Shown: positions 37,669-46,543 of the stretch, in pieces
Layout: every line of letters begins with the position of its first letter
Position numbering within the stretch: the first letter of the stretch is position 1
NCBI GenBank assembly: GCA_963748365.1
Contig: CAVVJG010000032.1
Coordinates: 333,717 to 397,716 of the forward strand
From: Candidatus Acidiferrales bacterium
Lineage (GTDB): Bacteria; Acidobacteriota; Terriglobia; Acidiferrales; UBA7541
Direction of reading: 5' to 3'
Length of the DNA: 64,000 bases
Notes under the pieces: model-generated
Database searches by the model: none
What the model was told of the DNA's origin: nothing
What the model saw: the letters and a program-made list of their open reading frames with translations, nothing else
Position numbers and translations under genes: made by a program

Positions 37669-39090
37669 CTATTTCCCGATCGCCATTTCACTGCCCGTCA
37701 GGTATCGCTTCGCCCCCGTCCCGTCCCAGAAAATCCGGTTTATCGCGAACGAATTCCCCGTGCCCAGCCGCGAAAAATAGATCTGTAGTCCGTCGCGAGA
37801 CCATTCTGCGGATCGCGCCCACGTATCTGTGGGGCACAAGATCACCTGCCGCTTCGCTTTTACCTCATACAGAAAGAACGCCGAATTTAACTTCATGGCA
37901 TCTACCGGGGCACCGGGGGGCGTCCTCGTGTAGTCCGCAGTCACCAGCAATAGGTCCGGGTTCAAAGGGTTTGCGCGAATCGTATCGCTGCTCGTGATCT
38001 GAAAGCGCTCGCCATAAATACTCTTTAGCGGAACTGTTTGCTGTGCCTGCCCGTCTGTGCCTAACCAGTACGCATGCTGCAGATCGGAGGCAAGAATCGT
38101 TTCGCTTGAAATCCATCCCTGCAGTGCCGCCACGTCTCCACTATAGAAAACCGCGGCCTTCTCTGGCTCATTCACCGCGAAAGTCCAGATTTGCCACTTT
38201 TGCTCGGCATTTTTCAAAAACGCGATCCTCGTATCATCCGGCGACCAGAATGCCTGCCGTACCAATCCTGTTACCAGGTCTTTCGAGCGTCCCGAATCTG
38301 CATCGTACAAAACAATCGTTCGCTCCGGCCCGGTTTTCGAGTCCGCGCGTGTGTACAAGAGCTTTTTCCCATCGTGCGACAACGCCAATTCTGTGCCCGC
38401 CGGCGCTACCGTTTTTTTCACCTCCCCCCGGCTCAGAACCACTTTTCCCGTTGAATCCAGATATGCAACCGCCACTGGTGGCGCGAACTTGGTTATCGGT
38501 TCCAGCACGGAAAATTTGTCCTTGTCCTTATCTTTTTCCTTGTCCTTATCTTTGTCCGTCGCGGCGTCCGCGTTTTCCGCTGGATCCAACTGATTCTTCT
38601 TTCGGAATTCCGGAAATTTTTCCGGCGAACTCAGTCCGCATCCGTTGAGCGTACCGATTTGCGCATGTTCAACGACTACCTTGAATGTGTATTTGGTGTC
38701 AGACATTCCGTCCGAGCACGGATCACGCGTCAGCTTTACGGACACAGTCGCACCGGTCGCTGAATCCTTTGCGTGATATGTCCAGATATTTCCGGTTTCG
38801 TCGCGCACCACATCCAACGGTTCCAACACCAGCGACGGATATCCAACACGATCCAGGCGCTCCGGCCCCTTCATCCCCAGTCGCAGACCCCAGAATGGTT
38901 CGTTGCCGTGTGCCACCACCAGGATTGGATAATGTTTTGTCTGTTGCGGCCCAACGACTCCCGCGGCAGGTGCTGGAACCGATGGCTTGGAAGCCGGTTT
39001 TTGGGCAGGTGTTTGCGAATGGAAGTGCGCACCTGGGGAAAGAAGGGCACTGACAAGGTACAGAAAAAAGATTTTCTGGTAGCCGATCAT
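37669..39090 (-). CDS. Secreted protein: COG3650-like domain plus TolB/WD40-like beta-propeller
   Basis: GNEPFWGL and DPCSDGMSDTKY...LNGC motif; ALSHDGKKLLY, AFWSPDDTRIAF, AEWSRDGLQIYF propeller blades. Confidence 0.6.
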   Translation of the reverse strand: MIGYQKIFFLYLVSALLSPGAHFHSQTPAQKPASKPSVPAPAAGVVGPQQTKHYPILVVAHGNEPFWGLRLGMKGPERLDRVGYPSLVLEPLDVVRDETGNIWTYHAKDSATGATVSVKLTRDPCSDGMSDTKYTFKVVVEHAQIGTLNGCGLSSPEKFPEFRKKNQLDPAENADAATDKDKDKEKDKDKDKFSVLEPITKFAPPVAVAYLDSTGKVVLSRGEVKKTVAPAGTELALSHDGKKLLYTRADSKTGPERTIVLYDADSGRSKDLVTGLVRQAFWSPDDTRIAFLKNAEQKWQIWTFAVNEPEKAAVFYSGDVAALQGWISSETILASDLQHAYWLGTDGQAQQTVPLKSIYGERFQITSSDTIRANPLNPDLLLVTADYTRTPPGAPVDAMKLNSAFFLYEVKAKRQVILCPTDTWARSAEWSRDGLQIYFSRLGTGNSFAINRIFWDGTGAKRYLTGSEMAIGK

Positions 39091-39213
39091 GTTGTCCTTC
39101 TCAGTTTAGTAGATGCGGGTGTAAAGGTCCCGGAAATCATATTGCACGGGAGCTAGAGTGCTCCGCCAGCCAGAGAGCGCAGGATGATTCGAGAGATTTA
39201 AGTGAACACGCCG

Positions 39214-39972
39214 CTAGTAGCGGCCGCCTATTTCAAAGTCCCCTCGGCATCCGCGGTCGACCCATATCTGCCCACGGCCGTAGCCCCAGGTTCGGTTGTA
39301 GATGCAGTCAGAGTCGCTGCGCTGGCGAACGATCCGTACACCCTGGCTGGTGTTTGCACTGCACGTTTTGCGGTTCATATCATTCGAGGCGCAATAAACC
39401 GTTCGCGCCTGGTCAGGCTGCCATCCGGCCTGCCCTATCTGGAAGTCCGCGCGGCATCCGCGGTCGACCCAAACGCCATGCTTGTCATACCCCCAGCTAG
39501 AGCCCCATATGCACTCTGATTGGCTGCGCTGACGCACCAGTCGCACACCGCCGCGCGTATTCACAGGGCAATTATTCCGACGGCCATCATCGGAAGCACA
39601 GTATATGTTGTACGCCTCTCCCCAGCCGCCCCACCCCGGGCCTCCATTACCCGGGCCACCGTTCCCAGGACCACCGACATACCCGCCTGTGAATTCGGCT
39701 CGGCACCCACGGTCGACCCAAACTCCTCGGTTGTCGTATCCCCAGGTCTGACCAAACACGCAGGGTGAATTGCTCCTCTGCTTGGTAAGTTGCACTCCAC
39801 CCCTGACGTCCATTTGACAATAATTGCGCCGGCCGTTGTCGGATGCGCAGTAGACAGTGGCATACCCTTGCGGCGTTGGTAGCGCGTTGGCACTCGAGGA
39901 ATGAGACACGTCTGGCGGAACTAGAACGCAGGCAGCAATACACAGTACCACAACTGCGAAAGCGGCTCTCAT
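39214..39972 (-). CDS. DUF3011 repeat protein (secreted, three tandem Cys-bonded domains)
   Basis: Three repeats of YCASDxxRRxxC...GVxLxxQRSxSxC..xxWGYD..GVWVDRGCRAxF; DNA repeat CGGCATCCGCGGTCGACCCA. Confidence 0.85.
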   Translation of the reverse strand: MRAAFAVVVLCIAACVLVPPDVSHSSSANALPTPQGYATVYCASDNGRRNYCQMDVRGGVQLTKQRSNSPCVFGQTWGYDNRGVWVDRGCRAEFTGGYVGGPGNGGPGNGGPGWGGWGEAYNIYCASDDGRRNNCPVNTRGGVRLVRQRSQSECIWGSSWGYDKHGVWVDRGCRADFQIGQAGWQPDQARTVYCASNDMNRKTCSANTSQGVRIVRQRSDSDCIYNRTWGYGRGQIWVDRGCRGDFEIGGRY

Positions 39973-40087
39973 CAACGTTCTCCTGTGCTTTGAATTCTTT
40001 AAGGCGAGCGTTCACTGGCGAATGGAACGTTCCGCCGCGCTTGCATTTAATCAAACGCGTGCCCCAGGTGCAAGAGACGCTGTTGGC

Positions 40088-40135
40088 GAACAAATAGCGA
40101 AAATACTTGACATGGCGAACGAAAAGCGAAATACT
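40088..40135 (+). promoter_or_regulatory. Promoter with two tandem LexA-like boxes
   Basis: GAAC-AAATAGC-GAAA (40088-40102) and GAAC-GAAAAGC-GAAA (40117-40131); TTGACA (40107-40112), 17 nt, AATACT (40130-40135). Confidence 0.72.
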
Positions 40136-40156
40136 GGCCCTGCTTCGAGGTGACCT

Positions 40157-41422
40157 ATGTCCCCAGTTCTTCCCTTTTCGACTCCGCGCTTCAACTTGCG
40201 GCGTCGCCCCGTTCGTTCCCACGCTTCACCCTTCCTTCCTTTTCGCCCTAATGAGCCAAGCCCCCTACAGGAGGCCGATGCCCCTCAACAAGGTACATCT
40301 GGCTGGTGTAAGGGAAGTCTGGAGCGTCCCACGGCGGATTGCCCCCCGCCACAACTCCAAACTCCCCATGCGCCACTGGTGGGCATAGCTCGCCTCGCTG
40401 CTCGCTCTCCCGCAGCGGATACGAAGCGTAAGTCTCAGGAAAAGCCCGAATACTTCTTTTTACCGGTGAAATCAATCTTGAATCGTTGCGATTCCAATCG
40501 CGTGCCGTTTGAGTGGACCATCAACCCCTATCGCGGCTGTGAATTTGCCTGCAAGTATTGCTATGCGCGCTACACTCACGAATACATGGAGATTGATGGT
40601 GGCGAATTCGAGAAGAAAATCTTCGTGAAACAGGATGCCGCCGGACTCCTGGCACGAGATGTAAACCAAAAGTATTCGTACGAATCAAAAGCGAGCGGCT
40701 ACACCCAGGCAGAGCACATCGCCATTGGTACCGCCACCGATCCTTACCAACCTGCCGAGACAGAATACGGCGTCACGCGCGCCTGCCTCGAAGAGTTGGC
40801 CAAACGCGAAGGTCTCAGTATTTCGATCATCACGAAATCCGACCATGTTGTTCGCGACATCGACATTTTGAAAATCATCGCCGCGAAATCAGCACTCTCT
40901 ATCAACGTCACCGTCACCACGTTGAAACCGCGTCTGGCGCGATTGCTCGAACCGCGTGCGCCTCGTCCGGATCTTCGCCTCGACGCGGTTAAAAAGTTAC
41001 GTGAAGCGGGTTTAAACGTTGGCGTATCCGCTTCGCCTCTCATCCCCGGGATCACCGATGGCGATGGGGAACTCGAAGCCGTGGCCGAAGCAGCCAAACA
41101 GGCCGGCGCACAGTGGTTTTTCTCCGGCGTACTTTTCCTGATGCCTGCATCCGCAAAAACATTTCTCCCCTTCATTCGTGAGAAATTTCCCAAGCTCGCC
41201 AAACAATATGAGCAGTGGTACGCAAAAAATGGCTACGCTCCGGAAGGCTACCGCAAGAAAGCCTCAGAACGCGTTTTGCGCATCCGCCAGAAATTCGGAT
41301 TCTCTGCCCGCCCTTGGGAAGGCGATCGGCCCACATCTCGGGCGCCCCAATTGAAGCTCGCCTGGGATGCCGCCGCCATCAGCAACGAACTCCAGTCCCT
41401 GCGCTCCTGCTCCGCTGGCTAG
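40157..41422 (+). CDS. SPL-like (Rv2578c-type) radical SAM protein
   Basis: WTINPYRGCEFACKYCYAR (CxxxCxxC), IAIGTATDPYQPAE, SIITKS, LEPRAPRPDLRL, PLIPGITD; GAGGTG RBS. Confidence 0.9.
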   Translation: MSPVLPFSTPRFNLRRRPVRSHASPFLPFRPNEPSPLQEADAPQQGTSGWCKGSLERPTADCPPPQLQTPHAPLVGIARLAARSPAADTKRKSQEKPEYFFLPVKSILNRCDSNRVPFEWTINPYRGCEFACKYCYARYTHEYMEIDGGEFEKKIFVKQDAAGLLARDVNQKYSYESKASGYTQAEHIAIGTATDPYQPAETEYGVTRACLEELAKREGLSISIITKSDHVVRDIDILKIIAAKSALSINVTVTTLKPRLARLLEPRAPRPDLRLDAVKKLREAGLNVGVSASPLIPGITDGDGELEAVAEAAKQAGAQWFFSGVLFLMPASAKTFLPFIREKFPKLAKQYEQWYAKNGYAPEGYRKKASERVLRIRQKFGFSARPWEGDRPTSRAPQLKLAWDAAAISNELQSLRSCSAG

Positions 41423-41714
41423 GGGCAAGTCGGCGACGCCGACAACTCGTTTGTCGGCGACAGAGAATCCATTCGAAGGCTCGCTTTAGCTTTGCCGGTT
41501 TCCTGCTTTCGAACACATTTTGGGCAACTGGTTTACTCTCAGTCAGTTCCCCGCAATTAATTCTCGATTCGAAAGCCTGATCCACGTTCGAAGGTATAAT
41601 AAATCTAATATATATCTATAAGTAATAATTTCGGCGCGCCGATATTGTCGCCGATATCGCCGACAAGACGCGAACCGCCCTAGACGTGGGGATTCTTCTT
41701 TTATTCTCGCGCCA

Positions 41715-42350
41715 CTACGGAATGATGATGCGCGATTCTTCTCTCTTCAATTCCTGCGCTCCGGGAAACTGACTACGCAGATACTCGATAAATCGCCGTG
41801 ACCGTGACCGTCCATTCGTGTGCATCAATCCCATGCGGTACAAAAACACCAGCAATTGGTAGATTTCCGAATCTTTTGCGTGGCCGAAGGAAGCCTGCGC
41901 CTGTTTCTGCTCGGACTCTACAAAGAATTTTGACAATGCTTCATATAATTCGCGCTGCACCGGCAGCGCAGGGCGCTGTTCATAAACGATTCCCGCTGTC
42001 AGCGTCTTGTACGCTTCCGCAAGCGACTCCATTGCGGCAAGAACGTCCACATCATTCGCTTCACGGTGTTCCGCGCAAAACCGGGCAATGGTGAACGCTA
42101 AGGCCGAAAGCAATTGTTGGTGCGTGTGAATAATATCCGACGTTAACCGGACATCCAGTAGAGGCGTGCCCGGCGGCAGAGTCCGTTGGTGCTGCTCTTC
42201 ATAGCGGTGAGCGGCAACGAGATACCCGCAATCCACGGGACAATCAATGCTAACTTCCCGCTCCGTGCCGCAGCACACAGCGCAGATTTTCTCGCCTTTC
42301 GCCGGGCAAGAACGGCCCGGTTTGCGCTTCTCACATATCGGACAAAGCAA
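41715..42350 (-). CDS. Hypothetical protein with Cys-rich N-terminal zinc-finger-like domain
   Basis: MLCPICEKRKPGRSCPAKGEKICAVCCG...DCPVDCGYL, then a helical C-terminal region; GGAG RBS upstream. Confidence 0.75.
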   Translation of the reverse strand: MLCPICEKRKPGRSCPAKGEKICAVCCGTEREVSIDCPVDCGYLVAAHRYEEQHQRTLPPGTPLLDVRLTSDIIHTHQQLLSALAFTIARFCAEHREANDVDVLAAMESLAEAYKTLTAGIVYEQRPALPVQRELYEALSKFFVESEQKQAQASFGHAKDSEIYQLLVFLYRMGLMHTNGRSRSRRFIEYLRSQFPGAQELKREESRIIIP

Positions 42351-42413
42351 TCGATTTCTCCACAGTTACTCAAAACACGAGTGCAAATACCCGAGCAACA
42401 CGACAACAAGCGA

Positions 42414-42515
42414 TTGTCATCCTGAGGGTCGCGAGGTGCGCGGACCGAAGGATCTCAACTTGTGCAGCAAGCAAGGACCGAATGCTGAGATCCTTCGCTT
42501 CGCTCAGGATGACAA
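42414..42515. repeat. Long nested inverted-repeat element (REP/MITE-like)
   Basis: TTGTCATCCTGAG (42414-42426) pairs with CTCAGGATGACAA (42503-42515); inner CGAAGGATCTCA pairs with TGAGATCCTTCG. Confidence 0.85.
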
Positions 42516-42585
42516 CTCTGCTCTTTTCGTGAAAGCTTCGGTTCCTGCGAGACGCGAATTTCCCCTGTTTCGCCGCAACAGGATA

Positions 42586-43710
42586 TCACGCCATGATGAC
42601 TTTATTTTGGAAGCGGCGTGCCGCAACGATCAGGAGCAAGGTCCCCATCAGGAAAAGCGCAAATGCGTCCGTCCACAAATGCGCCCAGCCCGCACCGCGC
42701 AAAATGATACCGCGCGTAATGTTGATGAAATACGTTGCCGGAACGAAGTAGCTGAGCACGTAGAAAAACTTGGGCATTGTTTCGCGCGGGAAGATATACC
42801 CGGAAAAGAAAATGCTGGGCAGGATTGTCAGAAACGCCAATTGCATGGCCTGTGCTTGTGTGCCTGCCTTGCTGGAAATCAAAATTCCCAGCGATAGCGA
42901 CACGAACAAATACGGCAGCGAGAGGACCGCCAGCAACAGCACATTTCCGTGGATCGGCACACTGAAAATGAAACGCATGAACGTCAAAATCATGCACAGC
43001 TCAAAAAAACCAATTCCAAGGTAGGGAAGCAGCTTGCCCAGCAACAATCCCATCGGCCGCACCGGTGTGACGAATAGCTGTTCCAGCGTGCCGCGCTCTT
43101 TTTCCCGCACAATCGAGAATGCGGTAAGAAACGTGGTCACGTTCAACAACAAAATAGCCGTCAGTCCGGGAAGAAAGAAATTCGGCGAACGCGAATCCGG
43201 ATTGAAAAGAATTTTCGGACGCATTTCGACTGCGAAATTTGCGCTGCCGTTCAACAGAGCAAGCCGCAGGGACTCGTCGAGGCCAATTGCCGTGGTTACG
43301 TTGATCGCCTGCCCGGCTACCGAGGAATCCGAGCCATCAATCAGCACCAGGACTTGAGCCCCCATCTGGTGCAACAATTTATCCGAGTAGTCGACAGGAA
43401 TCTTGATGCCCACGCGGCATTTGCCGGAAATAATCGCATCATTCAAGTCATGATCCGTGTTGACATAGCGGACCACATGAAATGTGTCGGAATTGCGCAG
43501 ACGATCAAGCAGTTCGCGGCTTTCGCGCCGCCCGTCTGCGTTGTAGACCACTGTGTTGATCTGCCGCACGTTGGTATCGATCCCAAAGCCCAGCAGGAAC
43601 ATCTGCAACAACGGGATAATCAGCGAGAAAAACAGCGTGCCAAAATCGCGCCGCACGTGCAGCGCTTCCTTGTAAACAACCGCTCGAAATCCGCGGAAAG
43701 GATTAACCAC
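42586..43710 (-). CDS. ABC-2 type transporter permease (YbhS/YbhR-like)
   Basis: FSIVREKERGTLEQLFVTP, IFFSGYIFPRETMP, PATYFINITRGIILRGAG. Confidence 0.92.
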   Translation of the reverse strand: MVNPFRGFRAVVYKEALHVRRDFGTLFFSLIIPLLQMFLLGFGIDTNVRQINTVVYNADGRRESRELLDRLRNSDTFHVVRYVNTDHDLNDAIISGKCRVGIKIPVDYSDKLLHQMGAQVLVLIDGSDSSVAGQAINVTTAIGLDESLRLALLNGSANFAVEMRPKILFNPDSRSPNFFLPGLTAILLLNVTTFLTAFSIVREKERGTLEQLFVTPVRPMGLLLGKLLPYLGIGFFELCMILTFMRFIFSVPIHGNVLLLAVLSLPYLFVSLSLGILISSKAGTQAQAMQLAFLTILPSIFFSGYIFPRETMPKFFYVLSYFVPATYFINITRGIILRGAGWAHLWTDAFALFLMGTLLLIVAARRFQNKVIMA

Positions 43711-44674
43711 GGGCTTCCTCCGCGCGTGCTTGATGTTTGTAGGTCAGCTCCACGAAAACATCTTCCAGCGTGGCGGCGAGTGGGCGAATTTCCGCAACGA
43801 CTACGCCTGCCTTCACCAGTTGATTCCGAAGATGTTCCAGATCCAGATGGTCGTCGATCAACGCATGAATCGATTGCCCAAAAATCGTCGCGCTGCGAAC
43901 GCCCGCAATCGTGCGCGCAAAGCGCAGCGCTTTCGTGACTTCGGTAGTGGTGATTTCCACGCGATAGGTGCCGGGAGGTTGCACATCCGGCAATTCACGC
44001 AGTGTTTCCGGCGTGCCGTCAGCGATCAACTTTCCGTAATAAATGTAAGCGACGTGGCTGCAGCGTTCCGCTTCGTCCATATAGTGTGTGGTGACAAAAA
44101 AAGTGATGCCATGCGCGGACAGTTCAAACAGCAGATCCCAAAGCTGCCGGCGCGCCACGGGATCGATTCCTGCCGTAGGTTCGTCCAGAAAAATCAGCTT
44201 TGGTTCGTGAAGCATTGCGCAACCCAAGGCCAGGCGCTGCTTCCACCCACCCGACAGCTGCGCGGACAGTCTATTGAGATACGGGTCTAGTCCATTCAGC
44301 TGGACAATTTCGTCCATGCGTTTACGCAGTTGCGCCGGCGAAAGCCCGTAAACGCGCCCGTAGAATGTCAGGTTTTCATTTACGGTAAGATCGCCGTAGA
44401 GGCTGAAATTCTGCGACATGTAGCCGATATTTTCACGGACACTTTCTGGATCTTTTCGTACATCGATGCCCTCAACGATGGCGCTACCCTGTGTCAGCGG
44501 CAGTAAGCCCGTGAGCATCTTCATCACGGTCGTTTTTCCGCTGCCGTTTGGCCCCAGAAAACCGAAGATCTCTCCCTTCTTCACCTGAAAACTTATGTCA
44601 TCGACCGCAGTGAAGTTTCCGAACCGCCTGACCAGGTGTTCGGCCGAAATGGCGAGTTGCTCGTTGGAGGCCAT
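43703..44674 (-). CDS. ABC transporter ATP-binding protein (YbhF-like)
   Basis: GPNGSGKTT, LSGGWKQRL, FLDEPTAGIDP, TTHYMDEAE. Confidence 0.94.
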   Translation of the reverse strand: MASNEQLAISAEHLVRRFGNFTAVDDISFQVKKGEIFGFLGPNGSGKTTVMKMLTGLLPLTQGSAIVEGIDVRKDPESVRENIGYMSQNFSLYGDLTVNENLTFYGRVYGLSPAQLRKRMDEIVQLNGLDPYLNRLSAQLSGGWKQRLALGCAMLHEPKLIFLDEPTAGIDPVARRQLWDLLFELSAHGITFFVTTHYMDEAERCSHVAYIYYGKLIADGTPETLRELPDVQPPGTYRVEITTTEVTKALRFARTIAGVRSATIFGQSIHALIDDHLDLEHLRNQLVKAGVVVAEIRPLAATLEDVFVELTYKHQARAEEARG

Positions 44675-44676
44675 GA

Positions 44677-45774
44677 TTAATTTGCCGTCGCGAGTTTCAC
44701 GTCCGCGGCCATGCCCGCGAGCACGCGATGAGTGGGATCGTCGATACGCACTTTTATGCCGATTACCTGGTGAACCCGCTCTTCACGGGTCTGTACGTTA
44801 CGCGGTAAAAACTCCGCTTGCTGGTTGATCTGTTCCACCACACCGTGGAAAATTTCTTTAGGGAAGGAATCAACCTGAATCTCCGCCTTCTGACCCACCT
44901 TCACCTGGCCATATTGTGTTTCCGGAATGTAAATGCGCACATAAGTTTGGTCTCGCTCAAGCAGAGTCGCCACAGGAGTGTTCGGAGCAATTAAGTCGCC
45001 CGGTCGCACGTCAAGCACTTCTATGGTTGCCGCAGCAGGTGCCAAGACCTGGCGTTCACGGTAACGCGCCTCATCCATTGCCAGCGCCGCGCGGGCCGCC
45101 GCAATATCTTCGGGACGGTTGCCGCGCTGGAATTTGTCCAAGGTCGCTTGTGTCTGTTGATAGCGCGCTTCCGCGGCCGCAATTTCTTCCTGCCGGTAGC
45201 CGCGTTTCAATTCGTCGAACCTGTGCTGCGCGCTTTGTTTTTGCGCCAGAGACATTTTCCATGTCGCTTCGGCAGTGTCCCGCTGCTGTTTGGAAACGAG
45301 ATCTTTCTGGGCGAGTGCCTCATAGCGCTGATAATCAAGGTTTGCCCTTGTTTCATCCGCCGTGGCACGATCAAAATCTGCCTTTGCGGCATCAATGTCT
45401 TCCTGGCGATATCCATTTTTGCGTTGTTCATATTCAGCTTTCGCCTGAGCAGCGGCGGCGCGTGCTTCCGCTATTTCTTCCGTGCGGAATCCGCGCGATG
45501 ATTTCTCCGCGGCGGCGCGAGACTGCGAAAGTGCAGCCTGCAGCTCTTTATCGTCAAAGGTAATCAATACCTGGCCTGGCTCAACATGATCACCCTCGCG
45601 CACCAGCACGTTCTCAATGCGTCCCCCGATCTTGGAGCCCACGCGAATATTTCTCGATTCCACGGTGCCGGAACTCCGCAGCCCAGTCTCTTTACGAAAC
45701 CATCCGGCGGAATACGCGGCAGCGGCCGCCAGTCCGAGCACTACCAACAGCAGAATGGGCCATTTACGTTTCAT
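44677..45774 (-). CDS. HlyD/YbhG-like membrane fusion protein
   Basis: N-terminal anchor MKRKWPILLLVVLG, VGSKIGGRIENVLVREGDHV lipoyl half, coiled coil, VEQINQQAEFLPRNVQTREER. Confidence 0.92.
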   Translation of the reverse strand: MKRKWPILLLVVLGLAAAAAYSAGWFRKETGLRSSGTVESRNIRVGSKIGGRIENVLVREGDHVEPGQVLITFDDKELQAALSQSRAAAEKSSRGFRTEEIAEARAAAAQAKAEYEQRKNGYRQEDIDAAKADFDRATADETRANLDYQRYEALAQKDLVSKQQRDTAEATWKMSLAQKQSAQHRFDELKRGYRQEEIAAAEARYQQTQATLDKFQRGNRPEDIAAARAALAMDEARYRERQVLAPAAATIEVLDVRPGDLIAPNTPVATLLERDQTYVRIYIPETQYGQVKVGQKAEIQVDSFPKEIFHGVVEQINQQAEFLPRNVQTREERVHQVIGIKVRIDDPTHRVLAGMAADVKLATAN

Positions 45775-46432
45775 CACGATCTTCCTTCTTTGTCCAGGGA
45801 TTCGGGCTGACTGGTTCGCCATGCGCCGAAAGTCCGTTCCAGACAACTCTGAAAACGCTTTCGATCCGGCTTTCCAGCGGGCCGTCGCCATTGAGCGACC
45901 AGATCAGCATCGCTCCCAGAAATGATTGGCGCAGCACTGGCGCCATTTCCGTAGCTTCCAGATCGTTGCGAACTTCTCCGCGGTGCTGGCCCTCTTTGAG
46001 GATCCGTGCCAACAAGGCCGTGGCGTTTTCATGGACTTCGCGCATGGCCTGCCGCACGGGCTCGCTGGATAAATTTGCCTGCAACAGCGCGCGCATGATC
46101 GCCGGATTGCGCGCCGGCTCAGAAATGACGTCAAGCGCCATTTTGCGCAAAAAAACCTGGATGGGAAGTTTAGTCGTGGAGATAGCATCTGCGGCGAGCT
46201 GCACTTTTTCGACTTGCATCCGCCCGAACGACGCCAGAATGTGTTCCTTACTTGGAAAGTAATTGAAGAAAGTGCCTTTGCCCACGTCGGCGGCGTTGGT
46301 GATGTCCTCAACGGTGGTTTCCGAATATCCCTTTTGCGCGAAGAGCTGAATCGCGGCGCGAAAAAGCCGTTCGCGCAGTTCGATGCTGCGGCGTTCGCGG
46401 CGAGTGGTGGGAGGATGAAGTGTAGAGGGCAT
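45764..46432 (-). CDS. TetR/AcrR family transcriptional regulator
   Basis: LFAQKGYSETTVEDITNAADVGKGTFFNYFPSKE HTH; overlaps the hlyD start. Confidence 0.94.
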   Translation of the reverse strand: MPSTLHPPTTRRERRSIELRERLFRAAIQLFAQKGYSETTVEDITNAADVGKGTFFNYFPSKEHILASFGRMQVEKVQLAADAISTTKLPIQVFLRKMALDVISEPARNPAIMRALLQANLSSEPVRQAMREVHENATALLARILKEGQHRGEVRNDLEATEMAPVLRQSFLGAMLIWSLNGDGPLESRIESVFRVVWNGLSAHGEPVSPNPWTKKEDRDET

Positions 46433-46448
46433 ATTGACCTTTGTTCAT

Positions 46449-46483
46449 TAATGACCATAAGTCATTATTAAGGCAGAGTCAAC
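46449..46483 (-). promoter_or_regulatory. tetR operon promoter with palindromic operator
   Basis: Palindrome TAATGAC-CATAA-GTCATTA (46449-46467) overlaps the -10 of minus-strand TTGACT-N17-TATGGT. Confidence 0.7.
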
Positions 46484-46485
46484 AA

Positions 46486-46514
46486 CAAAAAGCCCCGGGA
46501 CGTTTCCCAGGGCT
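46486..46514 (-). terminator. Rho-independent terminator after the SYLF gene
   Basis: Minus strand AGCCCTGGGA-AACG-TCCCGGGGCT followed by TTTGTTGTT. Confidence 0.7.
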
Positions 46515-46543
46515 CGATGCTCCCCTAACTTATTTATTATGAG

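Noticed and set aside
38517-38560. Hexanucleotide-like repeats encoding DKDKDKEKDKDK
   Set aside because: Imperfect in-frame low-complexity linker; no sign of a phase-variable tract.
39214-39972. Recurring 20-bp motif resembling a spaced array
   Set aside because: Spacing of about 200-250 bp inside an intact ORF; explained by DUF3011 domain repeats, not CRISPR.
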